This document shows, piece by piece, positions 30,525 to 39,798 of a stretch of DNA of 64,000 nucleotides. Numbering within the stretch: position 1 is the first letter of the stretch; every line of letters begins with the position of its first letter. The stretch covers positions 3,648,001-3,712,000 of the forward strand of contig OZ219926.1 in assembly GCA_964291405.2 (NCBI GenBank). Direction: 5' to 3'. Both the position numbers and the translations under genes were made by a program. Under the pieces are notes generated by a model that did not search any database, was not told the origin of the DNA, and saw nothing but the letters and a program-made list of their open reading frames with translations. Origin of the DNA: Thermodesulfobacteriota bacterium. GTDB lineage: Bacteria > Desulfobacterota > Binatia > Bin18.

Positions 30525-31298
30525 CTAGCCAGTGTCAAGAAGGTCCACAGCGTCTTTCTTTTGTCTATTTTGTCTGATCGCTTTCTTACGCTTTAACTCC
30601 TGGGCTTTTTCAGGAATTTCATATAATGCATCTAGTGTGTGTTCTATGATCTCAATTGCTAGGGTCAATTCCTCTGACGAGGGCTGACTCAATTTGTGAA
30701 CTGCCTCATTGCCCAGAAATCTGTGCTCATGAAGAATCTCTGAATTTTCTCTGGTTAGGATACCTTTTTCACAAAGACCGGATATTTTTCCTTGGAGATT
30801 CTCTTTTCGTTCGACTTTAGATGAGCCGTCCTTTTTATTTGCAGTTATTGGTCCATCTGTAATCTCCTGATCTTCACATATACCTTCGACTATTGATCTT
30901 AGCCCCGCAGCACACAGCGTATAAACTTCATTATTAAAAGACTCAATCGTTTCGCGGTATATTCTTCGGAGTGAGGGTGGCGCGTTAAAGTAGTTTTTCG
31001 TAGAGCGGCTATTCTCTGATCTTTTTGGATAGAGCTTTTCCGTGGGGCCGTCCCAGTCCTCAGAAAACCAATCAAGCTGCCTAAATGAAATCGTTTCACA
31101 TCCCTGACATTGAATAATTTGGTAATGATTAGCCCAATCTATAGATATGTCGTGTTGTTGATCGAGCAATTCTGAACCTGAAGTATCTACGGATTGAAGG
31201 ACAAGATGCCTCGTATTGCGGTTGCACGCAGTGCACTGAACCTTGAGAGCTCTCCCTTTGGTTTTATTTTCCTCTGTTTGTTCTTTGATTTCGCCCAT
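30525..31298 (-). CDS. DUF4145 (HEPN-like) protein, AT-rich
   Basis: CTAC, CQGC, IYRET..LRSIVEGIC, HRFLGNEAVH (RxxxNxxxH). Confidence 0.85.
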   Translation of the reverse strand: MGEIKEQTEENKTKGRALKVQCTACNRNTRHLVLQSVDTSGSELLDQQHDISIDWANHYQIIQCQGCETISFRQLDWFSEDWDGPTEKLYPKRSENSRSTKNYFNAPPSLRRIYRETIESFNNEVYTLCAAGLRSIVEGICEDQEITDGPITANKKDGSSKVERKENLQGKISGLCEKGILTRENSEILHEHRFLGNEAVHKLSQPSSEELTLAIEIIEHTLDALYEIPEKAQELKRKKAIRQNRQKKDAVDLLDTG

Positions 31299-31428
31299 TT
31301 TGATTTCCTATAAGATACAGCTTTAATTGTACGGCCTGTGACGTATATACAGCTAAAAGTTTTTCTTACTCACCGCCCTGATTCTAATCCTACAGAGAGA
31401 TATGGGTAGACCTCCTATACTCTATAAT

Positions 31429-32739
31429 TCACCCCTCCATCCCAACCCACCACACCAAATCACCAACCCTCGGCCTTCCGCCGTGACGCCAACTCAACGG
31501 CGGACGTTGCATGGTCCCGAGGGGACATACGCGGCTGATACCCAATGCGCCTAATGTATCGGCAAGGGTCGCCAGCCGTTCGGGAGCCGCTGCCACACCC
31601 ACAGCTTCGAGATAGGGTCGCCACGCCTCAAGAATCTTGCCGAGCTGGGCAATGTCCCGTAACGGCTTCACCCGAATCGTCCGATATAAAGGCGATTGGA
31701 CGAAGGTTGGGTCGACATCACACACAACGGTCCAGTCCGTTCCGTTTGGGCTCACGTGCAGGACAACGTCTTTCCCGGCCAACGCCCGCCATTCGGCTTC
31801 GTCTCTCACTTTTCGGATGGCGGTGCTGACTTCCGGTGGGACCGGACCGCGCGGCAGCTCGGTTTGCCAATGGGCCAGGCCCGTGGCGAGCAGAGCCGCG
31901 AACTCTTTTGGGGTGACGGCTCCGCCTTCCTCAACATAGATAAGCTGGGGAGACAGACAGCCCTGCTGGTCGTATAACGCCACGTCATAGGCCGCCTTGT
32001 GAGCGAGTTCTTCCGCATCAGCCAGACTCTCTGTGGTCACCAGACCGAAACTCACTTTGTGGCCGTAGCCGAGGAACTGACCGCGCGTTCGTTTCCGGAT
32101 TGCCGTGAGGCTCGCATCCGAGCCGGAGGCAACAACAATGTCCGCTCGTCCATACGCCAGGTCTTCAAGCTCCATGTTTCCCCCAGGCCAGGAAACGACA
32201 CTGAGACATGCGCCCAGGTTTGGGTCAATGTCCTGAATCGAACGGGCGAACAGGACGGGCAGGACGGGCTCCGCGGACGAGGTTTTGACCAGGGCGGCGG
32301 ATTTCACCAGCAGGGAGAAGATGACGCTGTCGAGCCCTGCTCCGGGTACATTGCCGGCCAGGACGTGCGTAATCAGCGGCGGCCCAGAGGCTCGCTTTTG
32401 TCCAGAGACAGATGGGATAAAGCGGTCGAGGACTTCAAGACGGCCCAACTCGTCAATGCAGAGCGCCTCTATCTCGTCCGCTCGATATTCCCGAAAAATA
32501 AGGGGCAGCACGTGTTGGATCATGGCTGCAGAGAGGCCGGTCGTTTCCGGGAGCCGGGCTTCGGCTTCCTGCCGTTCTGGGGAGTCGGGATCAAGCCAGC
32601 GTTGAACGGCCTGGCCTACGCAATTCAAGATATCTCGGGCTGTTCTGGGGACGAGGTGTTGGACGCGGTTGGCGAGCAGGGCATCCAGCCTGGCGCTCAG
32701 GTCGGTCGGGGAGGGTGACGGCATGCCTATACCCGTCAC
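31429..32739 (-). CDS. LuxC-like acyl-CoA reductase
   Basis: HVLAGNVP, YGHKVSF, YDQQGCLSPQ catalytic Cys, G.MQRPPLSWRHGG. Confidence 0.85.
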   Translation of the reverse strand: MTGIGMPSPSPTDLSARLDALLANRVQHLVPRTARDILNCVGQAVQRWLDPDSPERQEAEARLPETTGLSAAMIQHVLPLIFREYRADEIEALCIDELGRLEVLDRFIPSVSGQKRASGPPLITHVLAGNVPGAGLDSVIFSLLVKSAALVKTSSAEPVLPVLFARSIQDIDPNLGACLSVVSWPGGNMELEDLAYGRADIVVASGSDASLTAIRKRTRGQFLGYGHKVSFGLVTTESLADAEELAHKAAYDVALYDQQGCLSPQLIYVEEGGAVTPKEFAALLATGLAHWQTELPRGPVPPEVSTAIRKVRDEAEWRALAGKDVVLHVSPNGTDWTVVCDVDPTFVQSPLYRTIRVKPLRDIAQLGKILEAWRPYLEAVGVAAAPERLATLADTLGALGISRVCPLGTMQRPPLSWRHGGRPRVGDLVWWVGMEG

Positions 32740-33848
32740 TGGGCGGATAAAAACTCGTCCAGGACCAGCGCGCAGCCGCGTGCTTCCGAGCCTGGGGTGC
32801 GGCCGATAATCTCAAACCCGTCGCCCGTCAGATAGCCTACGTCATCGGTCTGAATCGCCATGACCGAGCCGCAGTTGGCCAGGTCAAAGTGACGCAGGAT
32901 GCCGTGCTCGCCCGGTGGCACTTCTTCCAAGGTTTCAGGATGGACGACCAGCGTGCGTGTCCAGGCCGGGCCGATTTTATACCGCCGCTCGTTGCTCTTC
33001 CGAAAACGGTTGTACAAGACGTGATCGTAAAACTGCGAGGCCATCTCGGTCATGCCGTATTCGTTCACGCAGTAATAGCCGGCGACCTTGAGGTATTTCC
33101 AGCACGACTGCAAATAGCCGTTGCGCGAGAGCGGACGGCCTTTGCCCTTATTGCCGCCCGTATCCATAATGCGGCTACTGGAAGGCAGCGCAAAGGTTTT
33201 CCGATTGGCGGCGCACCAGTCGAAAAAGGCGACCAGGGCCGAGGTAATCGCCAGAACGCAGACCGGCTCGCTCGTCTCCTGGGCATGGGTGACGGCCGCG
33301 GCAAAGGCTTCCAGATGCATGCCGTCCACATCAATAAAATACCGGCTGTCAGAGGTTCCCAGGTCACGCATCACCCATTCGGCCATCTGGGTCAGCGATG
33401 AGTGCGGTTGGGTCTCGGGATCGGGAATCAGACTCAAGACCCGCAGCGGACGCTTTTCAGGCAGTACGCACTGCGAGAAGTGAGCCAGCGCCGAAGCGTG
33501 GTATAACTGCAAATCGGGGACAAGGTGTCGGCCACGCTTTTCCTGTCCCCGCGTGGTGCCACTGGTCAAAAAAATTTTCTCTGGCGGACCGCAGGTCAGA
33601 TCAAGCTCTTTGAAGGCGACAGTGGGGACGGCTGGAATAGCTTTCCAGGTTCGGACGGTCTCTGGGGTCTTGTCTCTGGCCAGGCAGAACCGCTGATATG
33701 AAAGATTATGCTCAAATTGATGGGCGAAGACATCCAGGGCCAAGGCGTTAAAGTCTTTCCCCTCAGGCGTGGCGATGAAATCCAGGACGCGGGCGTCTAT
33801 GTGGTTTCGCGGGGCATTCACGGAAAAAAGAGCATAGGAAGCCGTCAA
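32736..33848 (-). CDS. LuxE-like acyl-protein synthetase (start uncertain)
   Basis: IPAVPTVAFK, FLTSGTT, MDTGGNKG, NEYGMTE, DLANCGS..IQTDD, GRTPGSEARGC. Confidence 0.85.
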   Translation of the reverse strand: MTASYALFSVNAPRNHIDARVLDFIATPEGKDFNALALDVFAHQFEHNLSYQRFCLARDKTPETVRTWKAIPAVPTVAFKELDLTCGPPEKIFLTSGTTRGQEKRGRHLVPDLQLYHASALAHFSQCVLPEKRPLRVLSLIPDPETQPHSSLTQMAEWVMRDLGTSDSRYFIDVDGMHLEAFAAAVTHAQETSEPVCVLAITSALVAFFDWCAANRKTFALPSSSRIMDTGGNKGKGRPLSRNGYLQSCWKYLKVAGYYCVNEYGMTEMASQFYDHVLYNRFRKSNERRYKIGPAWTRTLVVHPETLEEVPPGEHGILRHFDLANCGSVMAIQTDDVGYLTGDGFEIIGRTPGSEARGCALVLDEFLSAQ

Positions 33849-33928
33849 ACCCCTGTCAACGAGAGGCTGACGTGGGGTTGGAGCTGTTTCTGAAATCCGC
33901 TAGGCTGTCCGCACCAAGGAGAACGGCT

Positions 33929-34273
33929 ATGCCATCCATCGAAGCACTGTACGATGAAGCCTACGATTTCCTGTGTGACGGTGAGACCGATCAAGCCATT
34001 ACCGCCTATAAGGCGATTCTGGAGATCGACCCGAACTATGTCGAAGCCGTGCATGACTTGGCCCACGCCTATGCCGATAACGAACAGCTCGATGAAGCCA
34101 TTGAAATGGCAAAAAAGTTGACCGAGCTGAGCCCCGACGACGAGATGAGCTATACGGTCTTATCCCGCCTGTACCAGCAGAAAGGTATGGTCCCGGAGGC
34201 CGAGGCCGTGGCGGCCAAGGCACGCATGCTCGACTGGAAACGCCAATTGCAGGAGCAGAAAGAGAACAGCTAG
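33929..34273 (+). CDS. TPR repeat protein
   Basis: AITAYKAILEIDPNY, SYTVLSRLYQQKG. Confidence 0.8.
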   Translation: MPSIEALYDEAYDFLCDGETDQAITAYKAILEIDPNYVEAVHDLAHAYADNEQLDEAIEMAKKLTELSPDDEMSYTVLSRLYQQKGMVPEAEAVAAKARMLDWKRQLQEQKENS

Positions 34274-34306
34274 CGCGATGAGAACGAGCGAGGATTGCGA
34301 GTTACC

Positions 34307-34579
34307 ATGCCAGAGCGCAGCGATGAAGAAATGGTCTTGCGGCTGATCAAGCAGACCAAACTGCTGATCGCCACCAACGATGAAATTCCGATTGAAACCA
34401 AGCTGCAATCGCAAGGCATGCTGAAAGAATTTGAGAAGCTTTTCACCGTCCCTCAAGACGAACAAGACCCCGATGCAGTCCGCGGCCAGTATAACGATCT
34501 GTATATCGAACTGAGTGAATATGCCGACCTTGAAGCCCTCCTGCTCGCCATGCGGAATTTCAGTCCGTACATCGATTAA
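34307..34579 (+). CDS. Hypothetical protein
   Basis: 90-aa helical ORF co-oriented with neighbours. Confidence 0.6.
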   Translation: MPERSDEEMVLRLIKQTKLLIATNDEIPIETKLQSQGMLKEFEKLFTVPQDEQDPDAVRGQYNDLYIELSEYADLEALLLAMRNFSPYID

Positions 34580-34681
34580 CCCCAACTTCGGACAGTTCGT
34601 TGAGACATCGGTCAGGGCAACCCCCCGCGGTTGCCCTTTTGTGTGCTGCACAACCAAAACGTAGACAAGGAGAAATCATTT

Positions 34682-35494
34682 ATGCCGCATATCGAATCAA
34701 ACGGTATTGAGTTGTACTACGAAGAACAGGGACAGGGTGAACCCCTGCTCCTCATTATGGGCTTCACCGTCAGCTCAATCGGCTGGCACTGGAATGTGGA
34801 CGGCTTTGCCCGGACCTTCAGGACGATTGCCTTTGACAACCGAGGGGTGGGGCAAAGCGAGAAGCCGGATGCACCCTATTCGATGACGATGTTTGCCGAT
34901 GATACCGCCGGCCTGCTGGACCATCTGGGGATCGAGCAGGCCAACGTGTTCGGCATCTCAATGGGCGGTATGATTGCCCAGGAATTTGCCTTGCGTCATC
35001 CGCAGCGGGTCAAAAGCCTGATCCTGGGCTGCACCAACTGTGGCGGAGAAAAAACGCTGTTGTCGCAAGACCCTGAAGTGCTGGACATGCTGAACAATAT
35101 TGCCGACTTCGACGTGGAACAGGCGGCCCTGGCCATGACCAAGGTCGCCGTCACTCCATGGTTTATGCAAAAGCATATGAACACCCTGCTCGAACTCAAC
35201 CAGCTTTCCGGCCGGCATCCGACCCCCAAGCACGGCATGATCAACCAGATGGCCGCGATTCAGGGGCATGATACGTACGAACGCCTGCCGAATATCAGCG
35301 TGCCAACGCTGGTGGTGACCGGTAAAGAGGACGGCCTGGTTCCGCCGCAGAACTCCGTTACCCTGGCCCAGCGGATTCCCAACGCCGACCTGACCATTCT
35401 GTCCAATGCCAGCCATTTGTTTAATATCGAGTTGGCCCAGACCACGGTTGATGTGGTGACGGAATTTATTCGGCGTCAGCACGCCTGGCAGTAG
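34682..35494 (+). CDS. Alpha/beta hydrolase
   Basis: FDNRGVGQS, GISMGG nucleophile elbow, GKED, ASH. Confidence 0.9.
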   Translation: MPHIESNGIELYYEEQGQGEPLLLIMGFTVSSIGWHWNVDGFARTFRTIAFDNRGVGQSEKPDAPYSMTMFADDTAGLLDHLGIEQANVFGISMGGMIAQEFALRHPQRVKSLILGCTNCGGEKTLLSQDPEVLDMLNNIADFDVEQAALAMTKVAVTPWFMQKHMNTLLELNQLSGRHPTPKHGMINQMAAIQGHDTYERLPNISVPTLVVTGKEDGLVPPQNSVTLAQRIPNADLTILSNASHLFNIELAQTTVDVVTEFIRRQHAWQ

Positions 35495-35526
35495 TCGGTC
35501 TTGCTCAAAGTTGCTTCCTGATAGAG

Positions 35527-35556
35527 AAAAGGGGCGCCCGGTCAGACGCCCCTCCT
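35527..35556. terminator. GC hairpin between convergent genes
   Basis: aaaa ggggcg-cccggtcaga-cgcccc; U-tract on minus strand. Confidence 0.45.
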
Positions 35557-35599
35557 ATGACGAAGGGATAAGTGGCTTAAAAAACGCCCGGCAAGCGTA

Positions 35600-35956
35600 T
35601 CAGTTCGCCGCCGCCGGCGCACTTGCCTTGAGCGTCTTCAACTCGGCGTTAATCTCTCTGTTCTCGGCCTGGCAATAATCCAGCGCTTCGGCGGTGGCCC
35701 GCTCGCGGCCAATCAGGCCGTCCAGGCGTTGTTTGGCGTCTTTCAACTCGCGTACCTGTTCGTTGAGCGCAGCGTTGTCGGCCCGCAGGGTGTTGACGGC
35801 ACCCGGCAGGAGGCCGGTGAGAAAGCCGCTGGTCAGATCCAGGCGCTCAAGCGCCATGCCCGATATGATCAGCGCGAGCCATAACACGCCCACGGCAATA
35901 TAACTCCAGGTTGCTTTTTTTAATTCCTCTTCGGCGGATAGTTGTTCCTCTGCCAT
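35600..35956 (-). CDS. Membrane-anchored coiled-coil hypothetical protein
   Basis: One TM helix then heptad-like region; AGGAGG RBS. Confidence 0.65.
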   Translation of the reverse strand: MAEEQLSAEEELKKATWSYIAVGVLWLALIISGMALERLDLTSGFLTGLLPGAVNTLRADNAALNEQVRELKDAKQRLDGLIGRERATAEALDYCQAENREINAELKTLKASAPAAAN

Positions 35957-36023
35957 TCATGTCCTCCTGAAAAATTTGCGACACCCTAACAGAAAAGCCC
36001 CGGTAAAAAAAGTTGGGCTGGCG

Positions 36024-36584
36024 TCAAGCCGGGAGCGGCTTCTCGACACGTGCGAGATACTCGGTCAGCGCGTCCGCCGTGCTGGGAAACGCCAGCTCCG
36101 ACCAGGGGATATCGGTCGGGGCAAAGAGCTGGACGGCCAGCGTCTCGTCCAGGGCCTGGGGCTCGCCGGCGAGCACGGTCGCCGGATACACCAGCACAAC
36201 GACCGGATAGCCGGGGTAGGAGTAAGCATTGAGCAGACGCCCCACCTCCACTGTGAGGCCGGTTTCTTCCAAGGTCTCGCGAATGGCCGCGTCTTCGACG
36301 CGCTCGCCGCGGTCCAGGAAGCCGCCGGGAAAGACCCATTTGCCATAGCCGGGCTCGATCCCGCGCTGCAACAGGAGAATTTTGCCCTGTATGACCGGAA
36401 TGGTACAGGCCGCGACTTTGGGATCGTCATAGAAAATAAACGAACAGCTTTCGCAGACCAGCCGTTTGGGTTCGTTGGGCTTGAGCGCCTGGCGGCTTAA
36501 CGCGCCGCCACACTTCGGGCAGAATCGAAAATGTGGACCGTGGTGATCGTGATGATGATGGTGCTGAGGGTGACTCTCGGCCAT
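36024..36584 (-). CDS. NUDIX hydrolase with N-terminal His-rich tail and zinc ribbon
   Basis: FCPKCG..CESC, PGGFLDRGE..AAIRETLEETG; AGGAGG RBS. Confidence 0.9.
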   Translation of the reverse strand: MAESHPQHHHHHDHHGPHFRFCPKCGGALSRQALKPNEPKRLVCESCSFIFYDDPKVAACTIPVIQGKILLLQRGIEPGYGKWVFPGGFLDRGERVEDAAIRETLEETGLTVEVGRLLNAYSYPGYPVVVLVYPATVLAGEPQALDETLAVQLFAPTDIPWSELAFPSTADALTEYLARVEKPLPA

Positions 36585-36620
36585 ACAGCGACCTCCTTTT
36601 CTGACGTATGATGCCAAAAG

Positions 36621-36720
36621 GAATCCACCCCCGCCTTTCGACAAGCTCAGGGCCACCCTTCCGAGGAGGGGAGCAGAATCCATCCCCTCTTGGGAGGGAA
36701 AGAGGAAACGTGTCCTCCAT
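36621..36720. repeat. REP-like repeat cluster
   Basis: cctttcgacaagctcagg (cf. cccttcgactaggctcagg at 794-812) and cccttcc..ggagggg palindromes. Confidence 0.7.
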
Positions 36721-36801
36721 AATCAGACAAAGCTGGGGACGTTTGCTCTTTTCTATCATGCTGCCTCCAGTGAAAAAACCGCGCGAGAGCATAGTGGCGA
36801 A

Positions 36802-37428
36802 ATGACGACCTGGCAGACCTTTCTCTTTGCTATCAGCCTCGGACTCGGAGCCGGCATCACGCCCGGCCCGCTGTCCAGTCTGGTCATTCAGGAGAGCCTA
36901 CGTAGCGGCTGGAAGAGCGGGGCGTGTGTGGCCCTGGCTCCGCCGGTTGCGGACGTGCTGGTTGTCGGTCTCGTGCTCATGGTGCTGAGTCAACTCCCGC
37001 CCGCGAGCTTTTCGGTCCTCAGCCTCATCGGTGGGTGCTATGTGTGTTTCCTTGGGGGGGAGACTCTACGGACACTGGCACCTATGGGATCGGAGGCGGG
37101 AGGCGCGAGGAGCGTTTTTCTGAGTTTCCGTAAAGGGCTGCTGGTCAACCTGCTGAATCCCCATCCGTATATCTTTTGGCTGACGGTTGGAGGGCCGCTC
37201 GTCACGGACAATGCGCGTCACGATATGTGGTTGCCTATTATGGCTTTTCTGCTCGGTTTCTACGGCTGTCTGGTCGGATCGAAAGTCTTGATTGCCGTGC
37301 TTGTCCACGGCGGACGGGCGCGTCTACAAGGGCGTGGCTATCGGATAGCCCTCCGGTTGAGCGGAGTCTCCCTGCTCCTGTTTGGTCTGCTGTTGATCTG
37401 GGACGGCGTGTCCGCGCTGGTCAGCTGA
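36802..37428 (+). CDS. LysE family translocator
   Basis: GITPGP, KGLLVNLLNPHPYIFW. Confidence 0.88.
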   Translation: MTTWQTFLFAISLGLGAGITPGPLSSLVIQESLRSGWKSGACVALAPPVADVLVVGLVLMVLSQLPPASFSVLSLIGGCYVCFLGGETLRTLAPMGSEAGGARSVFLSFRKGLLVNLLNPHPYIFWLTVGGPLVTDNARHDMWLPIMAFLLGFYGCLVGSKVLIAVLVHGGRARLQGRGYRIALRLSGVSLLLFGLLLIWDGVSALVS

Positions 37429-38479
37429 GCGTGCCTTGCGCTCCCGCGCCGGATCTCGTTTCTACAATCTGCTGCGCCAATTGAACAATAGACAGCGGTG
37501 CGCAGCCCTCGGCTTTATTGTTCACGATCACGTAGCTTGGCTGGCGTCGCACGCTGCTGTCGAGACATAGCTCGGCAATGGCCCGGCGCGACGTAGGGTC
37601 TGCATCGACAATTTGATTAAACGGGGCGTATTTCTGTTTTGCCGCCTGGTAGCTCAGATGGCGCGCCTGCATCCAGCGGATGATAACCGCCCGGCTCCGT
37701 TCCGGTTGAACCAGGCCGGCCTGCTCGCGAACCGGCGGCATGCTGGGATGACCATTCAGGCAATGACACGCGCCGACCGCGGATAAGGCGTCGACATACT
37801 CGGGGGTAAAGAGTGCGGAGTTCCGAAGCTCGACCGCGTAGACCGGGCCGCGTGGCAGCCGGTCCAGAAACTGATACAACCGCTCGACAAAAGAGCCCGA
37901 ACCGGCGAGGCCGGTATGGTCTTGGGGGGAGAATTGGAAGAGCAGGGGACCGGCTCTGTCCTTAAGCCCGTCCGTGAACGGCCCAATCACTTCCTGGGTC
38001 GCGTAGTGTGGGTCGAGAAACAGGTGGTTGGGCTGCCCGCGCCGCGTGCCATACCGGGGATGATCGCCAAAGCCGGCCAGCGTGCAGTATTCATGCGCCT
38101 TGACCAGAAAGCGGAAGGTCTCCGGCACCTGTGCGGCGTAGTCGGCGAATTGGGCCGCGGTCATTGGCCGATAATACGTCCGGTCAACCCCGACGGTCCG
38201 CAAGAGCGGATGCTGGGAGTACAGCGGTAACCCTTCGCGCGACAGTGTTGCCTGTGGGGCCGGGCGGTCATAAATCAAACCCTCCCACCCAGGGAAAGAC
38301 CAGGAAGAGGTCCCGAGTCGAATCGTCTCCGGCAGGGAGGCGGCCAGCGCCCCCACGTCCGGCAGAAGGGGTGCGGGATTAACCTGCTGTGTTCGCCCGG
38401 CTGGTGCTTCGGAAGAAGAGGGCGGGATGAATAAATGCAGTTGCTCATCCTCGGTTGGTCGTTTCTCTGCTCTGGCCAT
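37421..38479 (-). CDS. DUF72 domain protein
   Basis: LGTSSWSFPGW, DRTYY, FRFLVKA, LLFQF, AVELRN, NNKAEG. Confidence 0.88.
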   Translation of the reverse strand: MARAEKRPTEDEQLHLFIPPSSSEAPAGRTQQVNPAPLLPDVGALAASLPETIRLGTSSWSFPGWEGLIYDRPAPQATLSREGLPLYSQHPLLRTVGVDRTYYRPMTAAQFADYAAQVPETFRFLVKAHEYCTLAGFGDHPRYGTRRGQPNHLFLDPHYATQEVIGPFTDGLKDRAGPLLFQFSPQDHTGLAGSGSFVERLYQFLDRLPRGPVYAVELRNSALFTPEYVDALSAVGACHCLNGHPSMPPVREQAGLVQPERSRAVIIRWMQARHLSYQAAKQKYAPFNQIVDADPTSRRAIAELCLDSSVRRQPSYVIVNNKAEGCAPLSIVQLAQQIVETRSGAGAQGTLS

Positions 38480-38583
38480 GAGGAAATATCGTAGCAGGTG
38501 ATGCGTGAAAGGTAACGAACGTCTCCTTGTTTTATTTAGCCAGTATTGCCAGTTCTTATGTATCCTGGGATATTACCGGATAT

Positions 38584-38877
38584 ATGACGAGCCAAACGAC
38601 ACGCAAGAAAGCCGTGCAAGCCTATCGGCAACGCCTGAAAGAACGCGGCTGGGTCCGCCTTGAAGTGCAAACGTCAAAAGAGGATGCGCCCCTGATTCGC
38701 CACCTCACCCAGGCCCTGCGGGGTGATCCAGTTCGCGCGGCCCGGCTTCGCCGGCATCTGCACCGCCTTGTCGATCCGGCCCCACACGCTGACCTGAAGA
38801 CCCTCCTCGCTTCCGCTCCACTCGCCGGTATTGGCCTGTCCCGCCGCCACGATAGGGGCCGTGAGGTCGACCTCTGA
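38584..38877 (+). CDS. Putative type II antitoxin
   Basis: YRQRLKERGWVRLEV N-terminus; C-terminal LLASAPL..RRHDRGREVDL typical of PIN-toxin partners. Confidence 0.55.
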   Translation: MTSQTTRKKAVQAYRQRLKERGWVRLEVQTSKEDAPLIRHLTQALRGDPVRAARLRRHLHRLVDPAPHADLKTLLASAPLAGIGLSRRHDRGREVDL

Positions 38878-38909
38878 ACTCCCTGCTCGACACCGACATT
38901 ATCTCTGAC
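38874..38909 (+). pseudogene. Remnant 5' end of a PIN/VapC toxin gene
   Basis: Frame overlapping the antitoxin stop reads LNSLLDTDIIS (PIN start consensus xLLDTxxxS) then runs into the convergent SDR gene. Confidence 0.5.
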
Positions 38910-38919
38910 AACGCAGGAT

Positions 38920-39690
38920 TTACGTCCGGGCCGTCATGCCGCCATCAACCATATACACGCCACCGCTACAGTAGGAGCTTTCGTCACTGGCCAGAAAGAG
39001 CATGATCCGCGCGACCTCGACGGGGTCGGCGTAGCGTTGCAGCGGCACCATGGCGGATATCGTCTCCTTGGCCCGCCCCGGATCGTCGGGCTCAAAGCCC
39101 TCTTCCAGGGAGCGCATCATCCGGGTATCTACCGGAGCCGGATTGACCGTATTGACCCGAATCTTCTTGTCCGCCATTTCCAGGGCCGCGGTGCGCATCA
39201 GCCCGATCACGGCATGTTTGCTGGCAATATAGGCCGACACCCCGGCCGCGCCGCGCACGCCGGCAACCGAAGAGGTGATCACAATACTGCCGCCGCTCCG
39301 TTTGGCAATCTCCGGCGCGGCGTACTTGAGCCCTAACCACACACCGCGCACATTGACGGCCATGACCTGGTCAAACGTGTCGATCGCATAGTCGGTAATC
39401 GGTTTGACCTCACCTTCAATCCCGGCGTTGGCCAGCAGGATATCGACCCCGCCGAACTGCTCGACCGCGGCCTGAATATACTGCTGTGTCTGGTCGGGCT
39501 GGGTAACATCTGCGGCGCAATAGCGCACCGCATCGCTCCCAATGGTCTGGACCGCTTCTTTGAGCGCGTTCTCGTGCAAATCAACCAACAGGACTTTCGC
39601 GCCCTCCTGGGCAAACAGCCTGCCGGCCTGGAGACCGATTCCGCCCGCGCCTCCGGTGATGATGGCAACTTTATTGTCTAAACGTCCCAT
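38920..39690 (-). CDS. Short-chain dehydrogenase/reductase
   Basis: TGGAGGIG, NAG, YIASKHA, VDGG. Confidence 0.92.
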   Translation of the reverse strand: MGRLDNKVAIITGGAGGIGLQAGRLFAQEGAKVLLVDLHENALKEAVQTIGSDAVRYCAADVTQPDQTQQYIQAAVEQFGGVDILLANAGIEGEVKPITDYAIDTFDQVMAVNVRGVWLGLKYAAPEIAKRSGGSIVITSSVAGVRGAAGVSAYIASKHAVIGLMRTAALEMADKKIRVNTVNPAPVDTRMMRSLEEGFEPDDPGRAKETISAMVPLQRYADPVEVARIMLFLASDESSYCSGGVYMVDGGMTART

Positions 39691-39798
39691 GTGATTCCTC
39701 CTGGTATCTCTCTTTTAGTGGGCCTCGTCTTATGGGGTTTCGCGCGCCTTGGCAAGGGAACGGCAGGTGCGCTATCTCTCGAATCAAAAGGAGGACGT

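Noticed and set aside
30505-30530. attC site after the DUF4145 gene
   Set aside because: No RYYYAAC box or palindrome downstream of its stop codon
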